Of a stretch of 64,000 bases of DNA, positions 47,545-55,700 are shown one piece after another. Made by a program: the position numbers and the translations under genes. Numbering within the stretch: position 1 is the stretch's first letter; the number at the start of each line of letters is the position of its first letter. This DNA comes from an uncultured Clostridia bacterium (GTDB lineage Bacteria > CAYTYR01 > UBA6262). The notes under the pieces were generated by a model. That model ran no database searches. It was not told where the DNA came from and saw nothing but the letters and a program-made list of their open reading frames with translations. Where the stretch lies: assembly GCA_964441745.1 (NCBI GenBank), contig CAYTYR010000010.1:11464-75463 (forward strand), written 5' to 3'.

Positions 47545-47737
47545 GCTAAACTCTTTGTATTTTATTACTTATATACGCTTTTTATCCCTTCTTGTCAAGC
47601 ATTTTCTTCTAAAATACGATTACACCGATTTTAAAAGCGATTACACCGATTAAAACCAATACCTTAACACTTTACACTTATAACTTTACACTGTTTTTGT
47701 ATTTCTTTTCTTACTGCCAACCGCGAACGGTTTTTAT

Positions 47738-48532
47738 CTACCGTACCATATTCAAAATCATTTCCCGGTCAAATAGCTTTAATTCATTTTTGTCTTCCAG
47801 GAATCGTTCCACATCTTTTCTGGCAGATGACAGATCGATCAAGGCTAGATGTTCCACCATAAATTGCTTAAAATTGCCAGATGTGACCTGCCAATCTTTC
47901 TTCTCTGTTTGGGCAATGGCATTATTCAACAAAAGGTAATTTGGCTCAATCCCTTTGCCCAAATACCAGATCAAATCATAAAAATCACGCCCCTTAGTAA
48001 ATCTCCTGAAAAAGCAGGCATGTAATTTGGCCGCGTACAGGGAGGGCAGATCAAAACTATTCACGGCAAAGACGAACGACCTGGTTACCGGAATTACTAT
48101 TGTTTTCCAGCCAGCAGGCGGATTCGTGTCAATCTCCAGCTTTACTGCCAGCTTTTGCTCTTGTACCTGGCTCAAACCTAATTCTTTCAGCAACCCCGGG
48201 AATTTGATCATACTGCTATGCACTATCTTATCTTGGTCAGGCTCTGCCTCCACTTTAAATCCATAATGCTTCAGCTCAAACAGCAGATCTTTCAGCAGCT
48301 TTTCGAAAGAATAATCCTTCTTCTCTACTAAGCTAAAATCCAAATCCTCGCTATATCGCCGCAGATCATAAAGAACTCTCAAGGCCGTACCGCCTACAAA
48401 CGCCATATTGCCAAAAGCGCCTCGGTCAAACATGATCTTAAGCATCAGTGCCTGCAGTGTTTCCCTGGTCTTATTTACTTTGTCTTCCAGGCTCATCCCC
48501 AGACTAAAACCTTGTTTGATCGATTCAATCAT
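47738..48532 (-). CDS. AbiEii-family nucleotidyltransferase toxin
   Basis: FVGGTALR..Y.L.RYSEDLDF, KLEID.NPP, KLHA...R...KGRD.YDL.WY. Confidence 0.92.
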   Translation of the reverse strand: MIESIKQGFSLGMSLEDKVNKTRETLQALMLKIMFDRGAFGNMAFVGGTALRVLYDLRRYSEDLDFSLVEKKDYSFEKLLKDLLFELKHYGFKVEAEPDQDKIVHSSMIKFPGLLKELGLSQVQEQKLAVKLEIDTNPPAGWKTIVIPVTRSFVFAVNSFDLPSLYAAKLHACFFRRFTKGRDFYDLIWYLGKGIEPNYLLLNNAIAQTEKKDWQVTSGNFKQFMVEHLALIDLSSARKDVERFLEDKNELKLFDREMILNMVR

Positions 48533-48535
48533 TAT

Positions 48536-49174
48536 TTATCTCCACACTTCTTTTACAACTCTCCTCAGCTTGTGACTCTCAAACAACTCGGCATAGCGCA
48601 ATAAATTTCGCTGATCCAGAGTTTCCAGGTTCTGTAAACGGAATGATTCGCTAGCCCTCAGCTTAAATTCATCTTTGAATAAATGAAGGTTCAAATACAG
48701 AAAATCAACCACTGCTTTTTCCGCAACAGCCAGATAATAGGCTAAGCCGGAATCATCTTTCATTTCCCTGAATCCAGTAAAACAGCGCTCTGGCACATGC
48801 TGGTAAACAAACCTGCCGAGAAAATTTTGAAATACGGCTGTCTTTTTGGAAGAAATGCAGGTAATATCCGCGACTCTTTCAGGAATTAGCCCATAAAAAG
48901 CCAAAGCATACTCCATGCTCACATAAGAGGGACTATATAATTCTTTAGAAATATATAAACGGGAAGGATTGATCTTGCGGTCTTCTTCATTGAGAATATA
49001 TAAGCCCTGCCTCAGCCTTAAGAGCTTGCCGGTCTTGACCCAGCGGCTAACTTGATTTTTAAATGACTGTGACTCATCAGCCACTAGTTTTAAGTATTGA
49101 CTGCTGATCAGGGGCACGCCTTTTACTTTTTTCCGTAACTCTTCATATCTCATAGTATTCCTGTTAATAATCAT
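48536..49174 (-). CDS. AbiEi-family antitoxin
   Basis: RW.K.GKLLRLRQGLY, PSYVSMEYAL.FYGLIPE, AEKAVVD.LY. Confidence 0.88.
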   Translation of the reverse strand: MIINRNTMRYEELRKKVKGVPLISSQYLKLVADESQSFKNQVSRWVKTGKLLRLRQGLYILNEEDRKINPSRLYISKELYSPSYVSMEYALAFYGLIPERVADITCISSKKTAVFQNFLGRFVYQHVPERCFTGFREMKDDSGLAYYLAVAEKAVVDFLYLNLHLFKDEFKLRASESFRLQNLETLDQRNLLRYAELFESHKLRRVVKEVWR

Positions 49175-49230
49175 TATTGATTACTTACAGAAACAATAAT
49201 AGCTTATATTCTTCTGTTTGTCAAGCAAAA

Positions 49231-49294
49231 AAATACACCTGCGAGGTGACCACGCTTCCCAGGGGGCTCCTCGGAGGTGGATTCTGGTTGCTTT
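49231..49294. repeat. ~64-bp hairpin/terminator module, copy 1
   Basis: aaatacacct.cgaggtg.ccacgcttcccagggg.ctcct.g.aggtg...ggttgcttt; second copy at 50395-50457. Confidence 0.85.
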
Positions 49295-49361
49295 TTCTGG
49301 TGTCTGGTGTCTAGATTACTTGTGTCCTTTGCTCTTACGACGAACGACGAACGACCAACGG

Positions 49362-50147
49362 CTAACCGCGAACGGATTTTTCTCTTAGCAGGTCAAAGAC
49401 CATCGCTAAAGTCAACGGACTTGGATCCTGTACATCAACTGAACTCCATGCATCCATCATATACTGTTCTATATATGCATACGGCAAATAGCCATACCCG
49501 TCATCTCCCCAGCTTTCAGACCACGAATTTTTAAATTTAACTAACTTCTTCTTATCATCATACCCAACCGGACATATCGCATGCCCACCCAAAGAAGATT
49601 CCTTTCTATTCGGCAAAGGCACTACTCCATTTTTTGCATCCATCATCCCGTTAAATACTTCCACCCCGATCACAGCCGGGCCTTTCTGCGCCAAGCTCAT
49701 CTTCAGCTCTGGCAAATTTAAGATCCTGGCATAGGTTAAAACGCTGAACTTCTTGGCATTGTCTTTGGCCCCAGGCTTGGGCCTATCCTGCTGGTGCGGT
49801 TTGTACGGCCAGTACTTCTCCCGGCAAACCCCCCATTCTTTCAGCACTTTCATGGCGGTACGGATAGTCGTGCCTTCGCCATCAAACCCATCTATTTTCT
49901 TGCACTCATTGTACAGGAACCGCGGAGAAAGTTCTACCAGTTTGCCATAATCCACCTGCTCCTGGTATTCCTTCATCCCCACGGTACTGGCAAACCCGAC
50001 GCATGTGCCTTCATCTCCCTGGTCCCGCACCGGGGACATCTTGCCGGTATGATCAACTTTTACCGGTAATTTTGCCACCGGCAAATACGCCCGCATCAAG
50101 TAATCTCTTTCATCCATCCTATCCCGCACACATCCTAATCTAGTCAT
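49362..50147 (-). CDS. C1 (papain-like) cysteine peptidase, no signal peptide
   Basis: RDQGDEGTCVGFA (Gln/Cys), GGHA (His), KNSW (Asn), WGDDGYGYLPY. Confidence 0.92.
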   Translation of the reverse strand: MTRLGCVRDRMDERDYLMRAYLPVAKLPVKVDHTGKMSPVRDQGDEGTCVGFASTVGMKEYQEQVDYGKLVELSPRFLYNECKKIDGFDGEGTTIRTAMKVLKEWGVCREKYWPYKPHQQDRPKPGAKDNAKKFSVLTYARILNLPELKMSLAQKGPAVIGVEVFNGMMDAKNGVVPLPNRKESSLGGHAICPVGYDDKKKLVKFKNSWSESWGDDGYGYLPYAYIEQYMMDAWSSVDVQDPSPLTLAMVFDLLREKSVRG

Positions 50148-50173
50148 CTCAATACGCTCCTTGCCTCCGGTAT

Positions 50174-50326
50174 TCAGCCAACGAAGTTACCTCTTTTATT
50201 GCTGGCATCCGCGTGACCAGCTTTAAGCTTGGTTAGTAATTTTTTGTCTGAATTGATCTGGGCCTTCTCCACCGAATCTGTAAGATACTCCTCTTCGCTT
50301 AACTGTGTAGTTATCACTTTAGCCAT
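50174..50326 (-). CDS. Small orphan antitoxin-like protein (50 aa)
   Basis: Missing from the ORF track. GGAGAG RBS; MAKVITTQLSEEEYLTDSVEKAQINSDKKLLTKLKAGHADASNKRGNFVG resembles Phd/RelB-type antitoxin C-termini. Confidence 0.5.
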   Translation of the reverse strand: MAKVITTQLSEEEYLTDSVEKAQINSDKKLLTKLKAGHADASNKRGNFVG

Positions 50327-50394
50327 ATTACTCTCCATATTCTAATATATTTAATATGATTCTAACATATTTTAGAGTTCCTGTTAAGCAAATA

Positions 50395-50457
50395 AAATAC
50401 ACCTTCGAGGTGTCCACGCTTCCCAGGGGACTCCTGGAAGGTGTTACCGGTTGCTTT
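50395..50457. repeat. ~64-bp hairpin/terminator module, copy 2
   Basis: Direct repeat of 49231-49294. Confidence 0.85.
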
Positions 50458-51140
50458 CAGTCTTTTAACAAGCTTTCTATTTCGCTTTCATCTATTTCTT
50501 TCACACCTTTTAGTATCTTCTTCTGCCACTTTTCAGGCACTGACTTAAATACTTTCTTTATAACCCTTGATTCACCTTTTTCTATTAGTGCCTTTAGTAT
50601 CCTAACCGCCGCTTCTTTATCTTTCGCTATCTTGTCAGGCTTATTGCGCCTTTGGAAGATAATCAATTTATGCAACGCAAAATTCGCCGGATGCGGCACA
50701 TTAATAGTTAATCCTTCGATCTCAACCTTGATAACATTATCGCTCAAAAAGGTCAGGAACCTTAGGGTAGTAGCATTTACGCCCAACCGCGGCAGAGGAT
50801 ACGGTTTATCTATCCCCTTGCCTTTCTCAGGGACTAGGAACTCTACGATTAAATCCGGATGTTCCAACTTAATATACCCCTTATCTCCCATGAAACCCAC
50901 AACAAATCCTAAATCTTTTAGGATTTCTGGAATATCCGTTTGACATCTAATTCTATGCGGCTCAGGTACTAATATATCAATATCCCTGGTCCTTATTGTT
51001 GGCATAAATTTTGTCCCGGCGAAATAGTTCTTATAAAAGGGCAGACACCAGCTTCCTATAAAAACTATATCGTTTAATACCCCGGCTTTATTCAGCTTCT
51101 TTAAGATATCAACACAAAGCTCATATTGCTTCTTTTCCAC
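50457..51140 (-). CDS. GSU2403-family (NTP_transf_8-like) nucleotidyltransferase-fold protein
   Basis: VFIGSWC..FY, RTRDIDIL, VEFLVP, VPHPA.FALHKLII..RR...K..KD. Confidence 0.8.
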   Translation of the reverse strand: MEKKQYELCVDILKKLNKAGVLNDIVFIGSWCLPFYKNYFAGTKFMPTIRTRDIDILVPEPHRIRCQTDIPEILKDLGFVVGFMGDKGYIKLEHPDLIVEFLVPEKGKGIDKPYPLPRLGVNATTLRFLTFLSDNVIKVEIEGLTINVPHPANFALHKLIIFQRRNKPDKIAKDKEAAVRILKALIEKGESRVIKKVFKSVPEKWQKKILKGVKEIDESEIESLLKD

Positions 51141-51438
51141 GCAAACTGCTCCTTAGGAATTTAATCTGTTTCTTTACTTGAGATAGCATCTTCCGGTACT
51201 TAGCCCTGTACTTTTTTGCTTCCCCATACTTGTGGATATCTTCCCCTGAAACCTTACCTTTATAGAAGAAATTAACCTTATCTTTGTCACGTACTTGTAG
51301 ATAATAGTAATTATGTCCTTTTATATTTTTCTTGACTAAGCTACCCTTAGGCAATTGAGCTAAGGCCTTCTCATAGCTTTCTTTCATATGCAAAGAATTT
51401 TCTAACTCTTCTTTTAAAACTCCTTTTATAGCTCCCAT
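51121..51438 (-). CDS. Small basic partner protein of the nucleotidyltransferase
   Basis: AGGAGA RBS; LPKGSL..K.IKG..YYYLQ.R...KV...Y.G; overlaps the downstream gene. Confidence 0.75.
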   Translation of the reverse strand: MGAIKGVLKEELENSLHMKESYEKALAQLPKGSLVKKNIKGHNYYYLQVRDKDKVNFFYKGKVSGEDIHKYGEAKKYRAKYRKMLSQVKKQIKFLRSSLRGKEAI

Positions 51439-51456
51439 AGCATTCTCCTTTTTAAA

Positions 51457-51556
51457 GTTACCATACATCATCACTAATAATATACCTTGTATGGTAACCA
51501 TTGTCAATAAAAAAGTTACCATACATCTTTTTTTATTACTATATTTGTATGGTAAC
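51457..51556. promoter_or_regulatory. Four copies of GTTACCATACA in alternating orientation around a sigma70 promoter
   Basis: Copies at 51457-51467, 51488-51498 (rc), 51515-51525 and 51546-51556 (rc); minus-strand TTGACA-17-TATATT. Confidence 0.75.
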
Positions 51557-51586
51557 TAACCAGCCAGCCTTTCAAGAGCTATTTAT

Positions 51587-51614
51587 AAAAACACCCCAAG
51601 CTTCCGCCTGAGGT
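51587..51614. repeat. 28-bp terminator-like direct repeat, copy 1 (copy 2 at 52599-52626)
   Basis: aaaaacaccccaagcttccgcctgaggt is identical in both places. Confidence 0.85.
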
Positions 51615-51735
51615 TTTGTTCATTCCCTGATTCCTGTTACCCTGATATCCACTTCCTGATACCCTGATCACCTGATACCCTTCTCTTGCTTTCCTGTCCG
51701 CTGTCCGCTGACCGCTGTTACTCATATCGCTTCAA

Positions 51736-52251
51736 CTACTTCATCTCAAAAACCAACTGTTTATGAAACACTTCTGCAAATCGTTTTAATGTACCTATAC
51801 ATATATTCTCCCGGCCGCTTTCCACTCTGGAAATATATTGCTGGATCACCCCAAGCTTTTTAGCCAACTCCTCTTGAGTATATCCTGATTGTTGCCTCTG
51901 CTTTTTAAGTATCTGAGCTATTTTTATCCTTTCAGGGATGTCACCAGCCTCACGCCGAACCCTAAGACTAATACCCTGTTTCTGCAATAATTCCCGTTCC
52001 AGGGCATATTGTGTCTGCCAGAAAGCAAGCTTGTCTTTATTCCAGGCATCTTTTTCCAGCCGCTTCCTGATTGCCGGCCATTTACGGCAAAAATCCTTCT
52101 GGTTAATAAACCTAAATACTACTTCCGGTTTCTGCGCCCGAGAAATCAATTTCCCGGCATATATAGGAAACCTCGGATTACTGGAATCTTTCAGTATATT
52201 CCGAACTTCCTGCTCATTTAATCTTGTATCCCACAGCCAATTTATTTTCAT
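51736..52251 (-). CDS. XRE-family HTH protein with N-terminal extension
   Basis: C-terminal LKKQRQQSGYTQEELAKKLGVIQQYISRVESG..N; N-terminal WLWD domain. Confidence 0.88.
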   Translation of the reverse strand: MKINWLWDTRLNEQEVRNILKDSSNPRFPIYAGKLISRAQKPEVVFRFINQKDFCRKWPAIRKRLEKDAWNKDKLAFWQTQYALERELLQKQGISLRVRREAGDIPERIKIAQILKKQRQQSGYTQEELAKKLGVIQQYISRVESGRENICIGTLKRFAEVFHKQLVFEMK

Positions 52252-52259
52252 AACCCACC

Positions 52260-52548
52260 CTACCTTTCTATCAACCCCGGCAGTATCCTCAAGATCTGCT
52301 CATCCAGATACCTGATCACATCAGCCGTATCAATATTTTCCACTAAATCTAATAATTCCAATTTTAAGTCTGCCCGGTTGTTGCTGTTTATATTTCTGAC
52401 TAAAGAAATCCAGATCTTCTGAAAATCTATGCTGATAATAGAACGCCAAAGCAGTGCCGCCAGTCAGATAGTAGTCTTTATATTTATCAGTAACTATTCG
52501 GGCTATCCTCTTCTGTTCCCTCTTGATCATATTGATTTTCTTATCCAT
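52260..52548 (-). pseudogene. Internally deleted, frameshifted AbiEii-like nucleotidyltransferase
   Basis: N-terminal YLTGGTALAFYY.HRFSEDLDFF is intact, then the frame breaks. A plausible C-terminus LDLVENIDTADVIRYLDEQILRILPGLIER* sits in another frame, abutting the HTH gene. Confidence 0.75.
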
Positions 52549-52564
52549 ATTACCCTCCGCTATA

Positions 52565-52593
52565 ATAATACTACTTATAAGTAGTATTGTCAA
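52565..52593 (-). promoter_or_regulatory. Sigma70 promoter with a 22-bp perfect palindrome
   Basis: TTGACA-17-TATTAT; AATACTACTTATAAGTAGTATT at 52567-52588. Confidence 0.75.
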
Positions 52594-52732
52594 TTAAAAA
52601 AAACACCCCAAGCTTCCGCCTGAGGTCTTTGCTTTTGCTCTTACGGCCAGCCGCGAGGCCGCTTTGCGGCCGGACCGCGAACCGCCAACGGTCCTTTTCC
52701 TTTCCTATCCGCTATACGCTATACGCTATACG

Positions 52733-55700
52733 CTATTTTACAATTGCCATCTTCCCCGTTTTCTCATGCCCTTCCTCATCCCAGGCATAATAGATATAGA
52801 CGCCGCTGGCCGCATCCTGGCCATCCTCATTCTTGGCGTCCCAAAAAGCTACCCCGCTTTGCTCTTCCAGCTCCCTGACCAGCTCACCTGCTAAATTAAA
52901 TATTTTTATCTTGGCTGTTGGTGTCAAATGCGAGATCGTGATCAATCCGCCGCTGGCTTTCTTCCAGGGATTCGGGAAGCTCCGCACCCGTTCCAGGTTC
53001 ATCACCGGCCCGCTCAATGTTTCCGCACAATTGGATAGCTCGGATACATTGCCCACTGAATCTATAGCTTTTAAGGCAAAATAATAATGCTGCTGGACTG
53101 CCAGGTTATTAATAGTCATCAGTTCTTTTAAACCAGCTTCTTTCGGCGTAGGCGCGTAATCCAGGGCATTTGCCAAGTTCCAAGTACTCGCATCAATATA
53201 ACCAAGTGAATACTTGACAATATAGCTCGCCGCTGTGCCAGTTGTGCCATTGTTGCCCGGCGCCGTCCAGTGCAGCATCACTTGCCCGTCGATATTGCCT
53301 GGCTCGGCCTGCAGGTCCTCTATTTTACCCGGAGCAATTGCATCACTATTAGCGGCAAAAGTTTCAGTCACATTGGATATGACCGAAGCATTATTATCGC
53401 TATCATAGCTTTTGATCGCAAAATAATATTGCTGTCCAGGAGCAAGATTGCTCACAACAAAGCTCTGCGGTTCACCTGGATTGACCGGGGAAGGTGAGGT
53501 TGGATATTTCCCGGCCCCGCTCCATTCTACTTCGCTCTCGCTGAATATCCGCCACAGGTTCACTTCATAAATATGATCTGTAGAATACCGTATCTCATAC
53601 TCTTTGACCTTGCTGGCATCAGCAGAAGCCGGAGCGGTCCAGGATAAAAAAACAGAGCCATTAGCACTGCCTACCTGTCCGGATAGATCATTGATTTTGC
53701 CGGGAGGAATGCCGCCCTTAGCCTTGGCAGCAACAATATTGGATAAAGCAGAAACATTGCTCCCGGTGTCTGAAGACTTAATGCCGAAATAGTATCTTTG
53801 GTTAGCAGTTAGATTAGCGATAGTCAAACTTTGATATGTCCCTGACACTGCCGTACTTGGTGCATTTAATACCCTAACCGCCATCTGCCATCCGCCATCT
53901 GTGATCGTTACTGTTGAATATCTGATATCATACTCTTTCGCCTTGCCGATACTACCGTCATTACCAGACGCAGTCCACCCTATCACTACCTCGCCGATAT
54001 TGGTGCCGGCAGTAGCAGTCAAGTCAGCGATCGCTCCCGGCGCTATCGAGTCTGCGCCTATAGTTACGGTGGCCACATTGGATAAGGCAGATTCATTATC
54101 TGCCCCGTCCGTACTTTTAATAGCGATATAATAGGTCTGCCCAATATCCAGGTCATATATTTTTGCTGATTCTGTAAATCCGGCAGAATTAGGTGCTAGG
54201 GCAACATCCAACAAAGTGCCTTGTGTAAAGTTAGAAGCATTCAAGGCAAAAGAAGCATACCGAATTTCATAATCTAATGCCGTCCCGGCAGAACCATCTC
54301 CGCCGGGAGCTGTCCAGGTGATCGTGGCCTCGCCACCGGCTGTATTGGTGCCTGCCAGCGTAGTGACCTGCCCTGGCGGGGTAGTATCCCCGATAGGATT
54401 ATAGGCCACTGCCTGCGGGACATTGAAGACTCCTGAACCAAAATTACTATTATCAATGGCCTGCACCGCGAAATAGTATTGCTGTCCAGGAGTAAGCCCA
54501 GTCACTACAAATCTTTCCGCGCTTCCTGCCACTTGAGGCTCTGGCTCACTGGAGCATTGCGTAGCACTGCTCCAGGTATAGGCATTGATCAAGGCCTGAG
54601 AATAGCGGATATCATACATCAAAGCTGTGCCAGCACTGCCATCATCACCAGTAGCGGTCCAATTCAAGACCACCTCTCCGCTATGCGCGCCAGAATCTGC
54701 TGAAACATCAGTAATACCAGCCGGAGCAGTAATATCCACTTCCCCGGATTTATATGCCTGGCAGGAAGATATATTGGATAATGCAGATGTATTGAAGCTA
54801 TCATCACTGGTTTTCAGGGCAAAATAATAAGTGGTCCCAGGAGTGAGGCCACTTAAAGTGACTACTTCAGAAGAACCAGCAATTTTAGGCACTGGCTCAC
54901 TTAAATACTGGGTTGCATCTGTCCAATTAGCATCACTTATACTATTTAAAGAATATCGCAAATCATATGAAGAAGCAATACCATTTTCATTATCATCTCC
55001 TGGCGCTGTCCAGCTCACCACTATCCGCCCATCAATGGTCCCAGGCACAGCCGTCAGGTCAGTCACTTCAGCCGGTGCCGTCCCATCACCTGTCTTGGCG
55101 CTCACAGTGTTAGAATTGCCTGAAGTATGTGGTATTGAGTTAGTCGTTTGCATAGCAAAATAATAGGTGGTTTCACTTTGCAGCCCAGTAATCACCATAC
55201 TTTGAGTCGTCCCAGCTACTTGTGGAATTGGTTCGCCACTTACCTGATTTGCTGCATCCCAAGTTGACTCATCTATTGAGACTAATGAATATCTTATATC
55301 ATAAGAAGTAGCAGTCCCGGTATTCTCATCAGATCCTGGCGCAGTCCAAGCCAAGGTCACGCTATTAGTACCAGTATTACTCACTGATAAGTCAGTAATC
55401 ACCGCCGGAGTTGGCCCATAGATACTACTTGGGATGGTATTCCCTAGATATTCCCAGATATATCTGGTTAAAGTAGTCCCCTCAGCGCAGAACCCGCGAT
55501 CCCCAGATACCCCGCCTTCATCATATGCCTTCATCTTACTCCGGATCAAATCCTCATTCGGAAATGGCCACATACTCACTCCGGTATCAGTATTATACCC
55601 AGCTTCACCCCAAAGCGTACCCGGAGTACCGATTAAAGTCGTAATATTTGCTCCAATATCCGCTCCGCTTTCACCCTGCCCTTTTAGATTTGAACCAGTT

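Noticed and set aside
49231-52626. Classical integron attC sites
   Set aside because: No RYYYAAC/GTTRRRY core pairing and no intI. The repeats read as terminator hairpins.
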